Assembly (NCBI GenBank): GCA_963736855.1
Contig: CAVTQK010000021.1
Coordinates: 384,001 to 448,000, forward strand
Direction: 5' to 3'
Origin: an uncultured delta proteobacterium
GTDB lineage: Bacteria; Desulfobacterota; Desulfobacteria; Desulfobacterales; UBA2156
DNA length: 64,000 nucleotides
Below the pieces are notes generated by a model, which was not told the origin of the DNA, did no database searches, and saw nothing but the letters and a program-made list of their open reading frames with translations. A program made the translations under genes and the position numbers. Of the stretch, positions 17,757-28,086 are shown in pieces (the first letter of the stretch is position 1; each line of letters starts with the position of its first letter).

Positions 17757-19820
17757 ATGACAGAGAACTTGAGAAACATTGCGTTGGTGGGTCACGGCGG
17801 ATCCGGTAAAACCTCTTTGGCGGAGATCATACTTTTCACCGCCGGAGTTCTCTCTCGACTGGGGCGCGTGGAAGACGGGAACACGGCAATGGACTTCGAA
17901 CCCGAGGAATTGAAACGCCGCTCCAGCATGAGCAGTGCGTTTCATCAGTACCACTGGGCAAAGAAAGTCGTCAATATTATTGATACTCCGGGAGATCAAA
18001 ACTTTTTTGCCGATACCCGAAACTGCATCCTGGCGGCTGATGCAGCCCTTCTGGTTATTGATGCGGTGGACGGCGTAAAAGTTCAGACTGAACTGGCCTG
18101 GGACCTTGCCTCGGAATTTCATCTTCCCTGTGCCATCTTTGTCAACAAATTGGATCGGGAGCGGGCCGATTTCATCCGGGTCTTTGAAGGCATATCCGAC
18201 GCCTTTTCCCCCAAACCCATCCTTCTGCAACTGCCCATCGGTTCCGAAGCCCAATTCAACGGTGTCGTAGACCTGGTTCAGATGAAAGCCTTTTCTTACG
18301 ATCCGGAAGGAAAAAGAAAAGAAACCCCCATACCGGAAACTATGAAGGATCAGGCTAAAAAGGCCCGGGAGAACCTGATTGAAGCCATTGCGGAAGCCGA
18401 CGACGCCCTTCTGGAACGGTACCTGGAAGGAGAAATGCCGACGGATGACGAAATCCGCACGGCCCTGAAAAAAGGACTGGTTTCCAGGGTCATCGTACCG
18501 GTCTTCTGTGGCAGTGCCACGAAACGGATCGGAATCGATCGGCTGATGGACATGATCTCGGAATACTTCCCCTCACCGATAGACCGCGGCGCCTGGACGG
18601 GGATTCATCCGGATAGCAAAGAAATCGTGGAACGGATTCCTGATCCGGAAGCTCCTTTTTCCGGACTGGTCTTCAAGACCGTTACCGACCCTTACTACGG
18701 CCGCCTCTCCATTTTTCGGGTGGTTTCCGGCTCTATCGGTGGGGACGGCACTTTTTTCAATGTGAACAAAAGGGCCAAAGAGCGCTATACTCAACTGCTT
18801 CAGTTGGCGGGAAGGGAACAGAAACCGATTACCGGAGCAGGGTCTGGAGCTATTGTTGCCGTAGCCAAGCTTAAAGAGACCGGCACCGGCGACACCCTGT
18901 GTAACGAGGCCCAAAAGATTCAATATCCATCCGTGGAGCCGCCGACTCCCCTCACTTCTTTTGCCGTAAAACCGAAATCCACAGGCGACGAGGATAAGGT
19001 ATACAGCTCCCTGGTGCGGCTCACCGAAGAGGACGTGGGACTTCAATTGACCCGTAATTCCGAAACCAAGGAGATCCTTATATCAGGGGCGGGACAGGTC
19101 CATATCGAGGCTACTGTAGAAAAGATCAAGCGGAAGTTTGGCGTGGAAGTGGTTCTGGAACTGCCCAAGATTCCCTACCGGGAGACCATCAAGAAAAAGA
19201 TTCGGGTTCAGGGGAGGCATAAAAAACAGACGGGTGGACACGGTCAGTTCGGAGACTGCTGGATCCAGCTGGAACCGCTTCCCAGGGGTGGCGGTTTTGA
19301 ATTTGTGGATGCCATCGTCGGCGGTTCCATCCCCCGGCAATACATCCCTGCCGTTGAAAAAGGGATCGTGGAGTCGCGCCAGAGGGGCGTTCTGGCCGGG
19401 TTCCCGTGCATCGATTTCAGGGTAATCCTAGACGACGGATCCTATCACGCCGTCGATTCCTCGGAAATGGCATTTAAAATTGCCGGTTCTCTGGCCTTCC
19501 GAAAGGCTGCAGAACAGGCCCAGCCGGTCCTCCTGGAACCGATCATGGAGGTCACCATCATCGCCCCGGATGAATACATGGGGGATATCATGGGAAACCT
19601 GAACAGCCGTCGGGGCAGGGTCCTGGGAATGGACTCCAAAGGGAAGCACCAAGCCATTCGGGCCCATGTTCCCATGGCGGAGTTTCAGACATACGCCCCG
19701 GACCTCAACTCCATGACCGGCGGCCGAGGAACCTACACGATGAAATTCTCCCATTACGACGAGATACCGGCCCAGTTGGCCCAAAAAATCGTGGAGAAGG
19801 CCAAAAAAGAGGCCGAATAA
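17757..19820 (+). CDS. fusA: Elongation factor G paralogue (EF-G2-like)
   Basis: GHGGSGKT, DTPG, NKLD, KKQTGGHGQFG, DGSYHAVDSSEMAF; lies outside an rpsL-rpsG operon. Confidence 0.92.
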   Translation: MTENLRNIALVGHGGSGKTSLAEIILFTAGVLSRLGRVEDGNTAMDFEPEELKRRSSMSSAFHQYHWAKKVVNIIDTPGDQNFFADTRNCILAADAALLVIDAVDGVKVQTELAWDLASEFHLPCAIFVNKLDRERADFIRVFEGISDAFSPKPILLQLPIGSEAQFNGVVDLVQMKAFSYDPEGKRKETPIPETMKDQAKKARENLIEAIAEADDALLERYLEGEMPTDDEIRTALKKGLVSRVIVPVFCGSATKRIGIDRLMDMISEYFPSPIDRGAWTGIHPDSKEIVERIPDPEAPFSGLVFKTVTDPYYGRLSIFRVVSGSIGGDGTFFNVNKRAKERYTQLLQLAGREQKPITGAGSGAIVAVAKLKETGTGDTLCNEAQKIQYPSVEPPTPLTSFAVKPKSTGDEDKVYSSLVRLTEEDVGLQLTRNSETKEILISGAGQVHIEATVEKIKRKFGVEVVLELPKIPYRETIKKKIRVQGRHKKQTGGHGQFGDCWIQLEPLPRGGGFEFVDAIVGGSIPRQYIPAVEKGIVESRQRGVLAGFPCIDFRVILDDGSYHAVDSSEMAFKIAGSLAFRKAAEQAQPVLLEPIMEVTIIAPDEYMGDIMGNLNSRRGRVLGMDSKGKHQAIRAHVPMAEFQTYAPDLNSMTGGRGTYTMKFSHYDEIPAQLAQKIVEKAKKEAE

Positions 19821-19827
19821 GTCAGGA

Positions 19828-20466
19828 TTAGGGGGACATGCAACAGGATGCCGGGGCGTAACCTTCCCAGAAGGGATCCCATATCCGGGTAAAAACCACG
19901 TAGTTTTTCGGATATATTTCTTTTGCCTTCGGACAGTCAGGCAAATGAAATCGCATGGAAGACCGGTTTCCGATATATATTTTCGCCCTTTCCTGCAGGT
20001 CTTTCCAGATTCCTCTTTTTGCAGTCATCGCCCGCCGCTGGGCTGCAAGAAAAAATTCGATCCGGTCAAGATTGGGCGGTTGATACAGCAGATGGGCAAA
20101 ACCGGCCTCTAATAAGGCTGCGTTGATCAGGGTTTCGTCCGGCAGATATACGTAGGCCAGCCATCGACCGTAGCGATCCGATGCCTCTTTGTCAAAGACC
20201 AGCCGAACCCTCTTTCCCGATACCAGGTTCCTATTGAACGCCGCAGCCTCTTCTCCCAGGGGCTCCCCTTTTTGATCCCCCCTTTTGACCTCCGGGGCGT
20301 CGATGCCGATGTAGCGGACATGTTTGCCGTTTTCGAGCAATACGGTATCCCCATCATCCACCCAACGGACTCGGAAGATCTCCTGAGAAATGGCGGCCGA
20401 TACTCCGGCATGAATCCCGGAAGCCATCAGGAGAAATATCAGAAGCCCCTGTAAAACCCTCGCCAC
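19828..20466 (-). CDS. Secreted thermonuclease (SNase) with C-terminal Ada-type metal-binding-like domain
   Basis: Signal-peptide-like N-terminus; DDGDT, VRYIGIDAPE, DRYGRWLAYVY; tail YIGNRSSMRFHLPDC...GYAPASCC. Confidence 0.88.
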   Translation of the reverse strand: MARVLQGLLIFLLMASGIHAGVSAAISQEIFRVRWVDDGDTVLLENGKHVRYIGIDAPEVKRGDQKGEPLGEEAAAFNRNLVSGKRVRLVFDKEASDRYGRWLAYVYLPDETLINAALLEAGFAHLLYQPPNLDRIEFFLAAQRRAMTAKRGIWKDLQERAKIYIGNRSSMRFHLPDCPKAKEIYPKNYVVFTRIWDPFWEGYAPASCCMSP

Positions 20467-20481
20467 CCCCTTCCCTTCCTT

Positions 20482-21582
20482 TCACCCTTCCCTCAGGCCG
20501 CACTTTTTAATAGCGGCCTCGTCCAGCATCCGTTTCACCCCCCCTCCCCGTGGCGGAATCCTTCCCAATGCCTTTTCCCACACCTCATCGTCCTCCATGC
20601 AGAAATAAAGGGTAACCTCCGGAGCCTTCTCCCGGATCCGGGAGGCGATTTCCCGGTAGAGCCGGATCCGGAGCGGTTTGAAGTACCGCATCTTTCCGTC
20701 CATGCCCCGGATGAATTCTCCATATATCAGCTTCGAATGGGGGTGTCGCATCCGGATGATCGTTTTCAATTCCGGTTGGAACCGAAAGGCCCCGAGGCTG
20801 ATCCAGACGATGTTTTGAGGATCAACCGATGCGAAGAGCCGATCCACAACCGCGGCATATTCGGCCTCGCACCCCTCGTAGATCACCATCGGGTCAAAGT
20901 GAAACGCCAGTGGATACCCTTCTTTCTGGCAGAGAACTGCAGCGGCAAGCCTTGCCGAAAGATCCGCACTCCCCTGCTCTTCAGTTTCGATAACCCGCGG
21001 GGTGTTAAGAGACCAGGCGACAACGGTCTTGCGGTTGTGGTGCAGACCCTGTAAGGTGGACACGTCCGCGGTCTTGGTCTTTAGCTCAAGGATGCAGGAA
21101 GATTGTTCCGAAAAGCTCGGAACCAACACCCGGGAAAGATCGGTCCACCGGTCCCAGATGAGGCTGTCCGTGAACTCACCGGTCCCGATCCTTTGGATTA
21201 AGCGTGTCGCAAATAGGCTTTTCAATTCGGCCATCAGATCCTCTTGATTCACGAAGAATTGGAGCACCGGAGGGTGGAAATAGGCCTGAAGGATGCAGTA
21301 GGAACAGTCCATCGTGCAGTAGGTCCCTACATGAAGGATCCGGTATCCACAACAGGTATACCCCCGGGTTCCCGGGCAGGGCCTGAGAAACGTTCCTTTA
21401 TTGTGCGTCAGGATGAGAACGCTCTTTCCCTTTGCAATGGGGTCCGGTGCCTTCATGATGTCGGCATAGGCTTGCCGCACGTCGGTAATGATCTGATGGG
21501 AAACGGTCAGTTTCGACAGGATATGATGGACTCGAAGCAGGTTCTTAACGGATTCATGGACATAAAGAGCGGAGACAGACAT
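20482..21582 (-). CDS. Spore photoproduct lyase (SPL) family radical SAM protein
   Basis: CTMDCSYC (CX3CX2C) followed by ILQ, ELKTK, WSLN, RLAAA, FHFDP, GKMRY, LYFCME, typical of the SPL family. Confidence 0.85.
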   Translation of the reverse strand: MSVSALYVHESVKNLLRVHHILSKLTVSHQIITDVRQAYADIMKAPDPIAKGKSVLILTHNKGTFLRPCPGTRGYTCCGYRILHVGTYCTMDCSYCILQAYFHPPVLQFFVNQEDLMAELKSLFATRLIQRIGTGEFTDSLIWDRWTDLSRVLVPSFSEQSSCILELKTKTADVSTLQGLHHNRKTVVAWSLNTPRVIETEEQGSADLSARLAAAVLCQKEGYPLAFHFDPMVIYEGCEAEYAAVVDRLFASVDPQNIVWISLGAFRFQPELKTIIRMRHPHSKLIYGEFIRGMDGKMRYFKPLRIRLYREIASRIREKAPEVTLYFCMEDDEVWEKALGRIPPRGGGVKRMLDEAAIKKCGLREG

Positions 21583-21604
21583 CTAAGCCTCGCAACCCAT
21601 GATG

Positions 21605-21645
21605 AAAAAGGGGCGGTCACCGATGCGGAGGCATCGCAGCGCCCC
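21605..21645 (-). terminator. GC-rich hairpin plus U5 in the leader of the SPL-like gene (candidate attenuator)
   Basis: Minus strand GGGGCG-CTG-CGATGC-CTCC-GCATCG-GTGAC-CGCCCC-TTTTT. Confidence 0.5.
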
Positions 21646-21657
21646 AAGTATTCATGG

Positions 21658-21686
21658 ACCTTACGGAAAAGGGCTGCAAGCGTCAA
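21658..21686 (-). promoter_or_regulatory. Sigma70-type promoter upstream of the SPL-like gene
   Basis: TTGACG-N17-TAAGGT on the minus strand. Confidence 0.55.
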
Positions 21687-21701
21687 GGGCAAAAGGGGGG
21701 A

Positions 21702-21797
21702 TCATGTCAGGCCTGTGAAATTCACATCCAGCTTGGCCTGAAACTTTTCGATGCGCTTAAAGATCTCCTTGAAATCGCCAATCCATTCATCCGTCAC
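21702..21797 (-). CDS. Candidate 31-aa small protein
   Basis: GTG start 9 nt after GGAG; MTDEWIGDFKEIFKRIEKFQAKLDVNFTGLT; below the ORF-track cutoff. Confidence 0.35.
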   Translation of the reverse strand: MTDEWIGDFKEIFKRIEKFQAKLDVNFTGLT

Positions 21798-21822
21798 GAA
21801 ATCAAGCTCCGTTAGACTTATC

Positions 21823-22452
21823 TCAGGCTCGGATGCCGCGCCAGAATATTTCAAAGGCCAAATCCAAAGTCGGTTTCAGGTAGTCTTTTCCGTTGTCGAT
21901 GATCTTTTTACTTTCTTCCCAAAGGACTATTCCGGAAAAAAGCGCCCAAAGCGAGTCGGCCATCGCGGTCGGATGGCGCTCGATGAAAAGCTTTTGTTTG
22001 ATTCCTTCATCGAATACGCTGGCCATGGCCCTGAGGGATTTACTCGATAACGCTTTGATCTCCGCAATCAGTTCGTCGGAAAGATTCTTGAGTGTTTCAC
22101 TGGATTGCAAATGAAACATATTGATCAGGACCAGTGGATCGAAATCATACACATCATACAGGGCCTGTTTGAGGATTTGATACTTCTTTTCAATGGAGAG
22201 ATTTCGGTCTTTGCTCAGTTTCTCAAGTCGAATATTTAAAAAATGAAGCATCCTCAGGGACAAAGAGGCAAAGAGTTCGTCTTTGTTCCTGAAATACAGG
22301 TAAAGGGTTCCGGGGCTAAGTTCTGCCTCCGTGGCGATATCCTCCATGGTGCTCTTATTGAAGCCTTTGGCGCTGAAGACGCGTAAGGCTGCCAATATGA
22401 TCTGCTGTCGCCTTCGCTCCCTTTCCCGCTCCTTTCGTTCCTGTATTCCCAT
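21823..22452 (-). CDS. TetR/AcrR family transcriptional regulator
   Basis: [10 protein letters not shown]...[29 protein letters not shown]; start reset to ATG 22452. Confidence 0.93.
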   Translation of the reverse strand: MGIQERKERERERRRQQIILAALRVFSAKGFNKSTMEDIATEAELSPGTLYLYFRNKDELFASLSLRMLHFLNIRLEKLSKDRNLSIEKKYQILKQALYDVYDFDPLVLINMFHLQSSETLKNLSDELIAEIKALSSKSLRAMASVFDEGIKQKLFIERHPTAMADSLWALFSGIVLWEESKKIIDNGKDYLKPTLDLAFEIFWRGIRA

Positions 22453-22465
22453 AATATATTGAATT

Positions 22466-22514
22466 ACATTTAGTCGTTTGAATGTCCTATATTTCCTGTT
22501 TTCCATTTGGTCAA
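22466..22514 (-). promoter_or_regulatory. Candidate tetR promoter with overlapping imperfect palindrome (possible auto-operator)
   Basis: TTGACC-N17-TATAGG (22486-22514), then ACATT-N10-AATGT (22466-22485). Confidence 0.35.
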
Positions 22515-22692
22515 GAAAAAAATATATATAGTTGGAGTTGTCAAGGGGGCGGAACCGGTCTATGGTGACGTTCGAGCAGCCCCCTGTTTCATCCGAAAAG
22601 AGCCTGTTTTTCATGCCATTTGAAACGCTGCCCGCAAGTGTGCGCAACGGGATTCTTTTATGGATCGGTGATCTCGGTACGGATGACGTCCG

Positions 22693-23685
22693 TTATTGAT
22701 CCAGAAACGCTTTGAAATCCGGATCGTTCAGGATCCGGTCGATGGCGGCTTTTCGTGCTGAAAGAGTGTCGAGGTTGTTGAACTGCAGGGTGAGGGAATA
22801 AGTGGGCTTTTCGAAATCCCGGGGATGCGATAGAAAAACGCCGACCCCGAGTTTCAGTTTTTTGATGCACTTCTTGAAAGCTTCCTCTCTTTCCGCAAGG
22901 TACGGAAAACGCCGTTTTTTCAGATAAGACCGGACTCCGAGGCTCTTTTGAACCCGGTCTGATTGGGAGTCGTTCAGGACTTCTTCAAAAGCCGGTTCCT
23001 TCAAGAGGTCCGCAAGGGGAAGATCTTCCCGTCCGGCGATTTCCGTAGCCCATAGGATGGTTTCCCGCTGCTGGCTGAAACCCATCTTCAACCGGTCGAA
23101 AAGTGCAGTCAGGGCCACGGCTCCCTTTGAATCTAAATCCGCCAGGTCCATTGCCACCGGTAAGGTGATAAAGCCCTCTGCAACGGCTTCCTGCACCGGG
23201 TGCGGGAGCCGGCCTAATGTGATCAGTTTCTCGACCATGGCCGGATGTAGTGGAAACCCTGCAAGAGTGGATGCTTCCGCCAGCGCTGTGTGGTCCGGGT
23301 GAATCCGGGAAAAAAGTGTCACGATCCGTGAGGCTTCCAGAGGATTGAGGGGGCACTGAAAGGCGTTATCCGTCACAGCCAATCGGATGCAGTGGGATTC
23401 ATCTATATCCCGTGAAACCACCCGTGCGGGAATCCGGGAAAACCCTATTTGCCGACAAGCCTCAATCCTTCGGAATCCGCTGATAATACTAAACGTTGAT
23501 CCTTTCTCCCTCAGGATGGGAAGGTTGATCAGCCCGCAGGATCGGATGGAGGCCGTCAGATCGTCGGTGCAGGGACGGGTAGTGATCCGGAAGGTCTCTT
23601 CACCGAAATCGATCTTTTCGATGGGGACATCGGATTCAGTCCATATGCCGACTTTCGGAAGGCGCGGTTTCAAATCAGGCCTCAA
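22693..23685 (-). CDS. ParB/Srx N-terminal domain protein
   Basis: [16 protein letters not shown] and [10 protein letters not shown] (ParB box I/II, GxRR); no adjacent parA. Confidence 0.8.
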   Translation of the reverse strand: MRPDLKPRLPKVGIWTESDVPIEKIDFGEETFRITTRPCTDDLTASIRSCGLINLPILREKGSTFSIISGFRRIEACRQIGFSRIPARVVSRDIDESHCIRLAVTDNAFQCPLNPLEASRIVTLFSRIHPDHTALAEASTLAGFPLHPAMVEKLITLGRLPHPVQEAVAEGFITLPVAMDLADLDSKGAVALTALFDRLKMGFSQQRETILWATEIAGREDLPLADLLKEPAFEEVLNDSQSDRVQKSLGVRSYLKKRRFPYLAEREEAFKKCIKKLKLGVGVFLSHPRDFEKPTYSLTLQFNNLDTLSARKAAIDRILNDPDFKAFLDQ

Positions 23686-24571
23686 GGGATTCCCCGGTCA
23701 GTTGTTGGAGGGCTTCGAGGTACTTATCCCGGGTTTTTTCGATCACTTCCCTGGGAAGGGATGGGCCGGGAGGCTTTTTATTGAACCGGACGGAAAGCAG
23801 GTAATCCCTCAAATATTGTTTGTCGAAGCTTTGCTGGGGTTTTCCGGGGCGATAGGCGGCTTTGGGCCAGAATCTCGAGGAGTCCGGCGTCAACACTTCG
23901 TCGATGAGGATGAGCCTGCCGTCCAGAAGCCCGAACTCGAACTTGGTGTCTGCGATGAGGATCCCCTTTTTTTCCGCCAGATCCGTCCCCTTCCGGTAAA
24001 GGGCAAAGCTTAGGTCCCGGACTTTTTCGGCCACCCCCCTTCCGATCCGCCGGGCTGTTTCTTCGAAATCGATATTGATATCGTGCAAACCGATTTCCTC
24101 CTTGGTGGAAGGGGTGAAAATAGGCTCCGGCAGGCGATCCGATTCTTTCAACCCTTCGCGGAGGCGGATGCCGCAGACGGCGCCGGTTTCCTGGTAGGCC
24201 TTCCATCCGGATCCGCTGATGTAACCGCGCACCACGCATTCGACGGGAAGGGGATCTGCCTTTTTAACGAGCATGCTCCGGCCCCTTAAGATTGCGGAAT
24301 AGGGTCGGCAGGAGACGGGATACGCTGCGACGTCGGAAGTGATCAGATGGTTATCGACGATGGGCGCCAGGGTCTTGAACCAGAAAAGGGAAATCCGGGT
24401 TAAAATCTTTCCCTTGTCCGGAATCGGGTCGGGCATGATCACATCGAAAGCCGAAATACGGTCCGTCGCCACCATGAGGAGGGCGTCGCCCAGATCGTAG
24501 ATATCCCGGACTTTCCCCTTTTTCATGAGCCTTAAATCCGTAAAATCGGTTTCAAAAACTGTTTTTTTCAT
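23675..24571 (-). CDS. purC: SAICAR synthetase
   Basis: [50 protein letters not shown] 24571 after AAGGAG. Confidence 0.97.
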   Translation of the reverse strand: MKKTVFETDFTDLRLMKKGKVRDIYDLGDALLMVATDRISAFDVIMPDPIPDKGKILTRISLFWFKTLAPIVDNHLITSDVAAYPVSCRPYSAILRGRSMLVKKADPLPVECVVRGYISGSGWKAYQETGAVCGIRLREGLKESDRLPEPIFTPSTKEEIGLHDINIDFEETARRIGRGVAEKVRDLSFALYRKGTDLAEKKGILIADTKFEFGLLDGRLILIDEVLTPDSSRFWPKAAYRPGKPQQSFDKQYLRDYLLSVRFNKKPPGPSLPREVIEKTRDKYLEALQQLTGESLEA

Positions 24572-24608
24572 ATCGCTCTCCTTAAGGATTTCAGACAAAG
24601 GATTTTTT

Positions 24609-25088
24609 TTACAGGGGAATGATTTTTCCGGTGACGCCTTCGCCTAGCTCGAGGATTCCCACGGAACGGCCTGAACGGAAAAAGAGGCTTCCGTAATAAG
24701 CCCCCGGATTGAACATGAGTATCCCCTCCTGGATGTGGTTGGCCGGCTGATGGCTGTGGCCGTAAACGATGACATTCACCCGGTCGAAGCGGGTCCGCAC
24801 ACGCTCCTCCAGTCCCTTTCCCGGCCCCCAGCCGTGGGTCAACCCGATCCGGAACCCGCCCACTTCGATCACTTCCCGGTCTTTCAGGCGGTTGGCTACC
24901 TCAAAGCGGTCCATGTTCCCGCACACAGCCACCACTTCTTTATCCCAAAACGCATCCAGGACCGCCAGGTGTGTCAAATCCCCGGCGTGGAGAATCATTT
25001 CGACCTCTCCGAACACGGTCTTTGCCGTATGAATCAGCGCTTCGTCGGCATGTTGCATGTGCGTGTCCGAAATGACTCCGATCTTCAT
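24609..25088 (-). CDS. YfcE/MJ0936 family metallophosphoesterase
   Basis: SDTH, HAGD, GNMD, THG, GHSH, NPG motifs. Confidence 0.93.
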   Translation of the reverse strand: MKIGVISDTHMQHADEALIHTAKTVFGEVEMILHAGDLTHLAVLDAFWDKEVVAVCGNMDRFEVANRLKDREVIEVGGFRIGLTHGWGPGKGLEERVRTRFDRVNVIVYGHSHQPANHIQEGILMFNPGAYYGSLFFRSGRSVGILELGEGVTGKIIPL

Positions 25089-25112
25089 GTTTCCTCCCGT
25101 CCAATGTCCGCC

Positions 25113-25191
25113 TTTATCCCGATTGTTCTTGAAATGTCAACACGCAAAGCCGAACCGCACGGTTGACAAATTCAATTGGGCAGGGGATAAA
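25113..25191. promoter_or_regulatory. Back-to-back sigma70-type promoters for the phosphoesterase operon and mdh
   Basis: TTGACA on minus (25135-25140) and plus (25163-25168), followed by GATAAA after 16 and 17 nt; the -10 boxes are weak. Confidence 0.35.
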
Positions 25192-25298
25192 TGCCAATTC
25201 AAGAGGACAAGGGTTCATGGAGCAGCATGAAATGAAAAAGGATCGAATACCTGTAGGCTTTCAGGCCGTTTAAAATCGTTGGATCGAATTTTTTTTGA

Positions 25299-26246
<948 letters not shown>

Positions 26247-26253
26247 GAATTCA

Positions 26254-28086
26254 TCAGTCTTTATTCAGAGCTTCCAGGACAGCCCGGGCGATTTTCAGTG
26301 TCATGGAGGGAAGGCCGGAGAGTTCTTCCGCCGTCGCATTTCGAATCTTGTCGATACCCCCGAAATGAGTCAGCAGGATTCGCTTGCGTATATCCCCGAT
26401 ACCGGGAACGGCATCCAGTGTCGAGGCCAATGCCAGGGTCTTTCGTTTTTTCCGATGAAACATCACGGCGAAACGGTGGGCTTCATCCCGAATGCGCTCG
26501 AGCAGGCGCAGTAGGTCCATTTCCCGTCCAAAATGTACAGAATCGGCCCGATTCAGGGTGTAAATCTTGTCCTCTGGCTCTCTTTTTTTTCGATCCCTCT
26601 TGGCGATGGCGACCATCGAAAAGGCGTTTTCAAGGCCCAGATCCCGGGAAACGGCGGCGGCCACATTCAACTGCCCTTTTCCGCCGTCCACCATCAGCAG
26701 ATCCGGAAGATCTTTTTCCTGGGCTTCCCTAAAACGTCGCCGCAGCACTTCTTCCATAAAGGCGTAGTCGTCTGTATTATCGATAGTTCGGATCCGGTAG
26801 TGCCGGTATTCGGAAGGCTTCGGGACCCCTTTTTCGAAAACCACGAGACTCGCTACCGGCTCCACTCCGAATGTGGTGGAATTGTCGATGCACTCGATGC
26901 GATTGGGGAAACGAGGCAGAGCCAAGCGCCGCTTCAGCCTCAATAGCCGATCCAGGTCGGAAGCGGCGGCATTGGCTACCGTCTTGAGGTGGTTTTCAGC
27001 GTTTTGAATGGCGATGGCAGTCAGCCGTGCTTTTTCCCCGCGATGCGGCGATATAACGTGCACCCGTCTCCCCCTGGCAGCCGAAAGGGCCTCCTGGATC
27101 AAATCACCCCCTTCCAGTGCAGCCGCCGTCAAAACCTCCTCCGGAATGAAGTGCCCTTTCTCATAATATCCGCGAATGAAGGAGCTTAAAGCCTCCGCAT
27201 CTGTTGCCAGGGTCTGGTTAAAATCGAAATGCTGAATCCCCAAAAGGAACCCACCCCGGATGTGAAGACGGGTCATCACCGCCAGATCCGGGATCCGGGC
27301 AATGGCAAACACATCCCGATCCTTGAAGTCAGTGCAGACCGAGACCTGTTTTTCCATAGTCCGCTTCAGGGCGAACACCTTGTCCCGGAGGGCGGCCGCC
27401 TCTTCAAATTCAAAGCGTTGGGATGCGGCCTGCATCTCTTCTTCGATCATGGTGATGAGCTGAGGGGTGCGTCCCTTCAAGAATAAAACGACTTCATCCA
27501 CAATCTTCCGGTAGTCACGTTCCGGAATTTTTCCCGAGCAAAGGCCGAGACACTGGCCCAACTGGTAATTGAGGCAGGGCCGGGGTTTTTGTTTGAGGGG
27601 GTGTGTTTTACATTTTCGAAGCTTGAAGGTGCGGTGAATCACCTTCAGTGTTTCCCTCACGGCTTGTGCGGAAGCGTAGGGTCCGAAATACAAGGCCCCG
27701 TCCTTTTGGATGCGCCGGACGACCTCCAATACGGGATAAGGATCATTCAAATCCAATCGAAGCGATGGATAGCGTTTGTCATCCTTGAGAAAGAAATTGT
27801 AACGGGGACTGTATCGCCGGATGAGATTGGCTTCCAGGATGAAGGCTTCCTGTTCGGTTTCAGTGAGGATGGTCTCGAAGGACCGGATCTGCTTGACCAG
27901 CACCTCCGTCTTGGGATCGAACCGGGGGGAACTTGAAAAGTAGGTGGATACGCGTTTCCTGAGGCTGAGGGCCTTTCCGACGTAAAGAATCTCGCCGTTT
28001 TCCCCTTTCATGAGATAGACGCCGGGGGAATCCGGCAGTTGCGACACCCGCTCTTCCAAGGAAGTATCGCGCTGGGGTTCTACCAT
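26254..28086 (-). CDS. uvrC: Excinuclease ABC subunit C
   Basis: GIY-YIG GVYLM...[33 protein letters not shown], HhH tail. Confidence 0.97.
   Translation of the reverse strand: MVEPQRDTSLEERVSQLPDSPGVYLMKGENGEILYVGKALSLRKRVSTYFSSSPRFDPKTEVLVKQIRSFETILTETEQEAFILEANLIRRYSPRYNFFLKDDKRYPSLRLDLNDPYPVLEVVRRIQKDGALYFGPYASAQAVRETLKVIHRTFKLRKCKTHPLKQKPRPCLNYQLGQCLGLCSGKIPERDYRKIVDEVVLFLKGRTPQLITMIEEEMQAASQRFEFEEAAALRDKVFALKRTMEKQVSVCTDFKDRDVFAIARIPDLAVMTRLHIRGGFLLGIQHFDFNQTLATDAEALSSFIRGYYEKGHFIPEEVLTAAALEGGDLIQEALSAARGRRVHVISPHRGEKARLTAIAIQNAENHLKTVANAAASDLDRLLRLKRRLALPRFPNRIECIDNSTTFGVEPVASLVVFEKGVPKPSEYRHYRIRTIDNTDDYAFMEEVLRRRFREAQEKDLPDLLMVDGGKGQLNVAAAVSRDLGLENAFSMVAIAKRDRKKREPEDKIYTLNRADSVHFGREMDLLRLLERIRDEAHRFAVMFHRKKRKTLALASTLDAVPGIGDIRKRILLTHFGGIDKIRNATAEELSGLPSMTLKIARAVLEALNKD

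Noticed and set aside
21597..21657. Long interrupted hairpin on the plus strand as SRP (4.5S) RNA
   Set aside because: It lacks the conserved CAGG...GGAA...AGCAG domain IV layout; the minus-strand hairpin plus U tract reading fits better.
21823..21825. Selenocysteine readthrough of TGA stops (prompted by selC)
   Set aside because: No TGA that I checked falls at a redox-Cys position followed by a continued homologous frame; the tetR frame hits another TGA within 7 codons.
22600..22620. TGGCA upstream of tetR as a sigma54 promoter
   Set aside because: No GC dinucleotide at the required 10-nt spacing.
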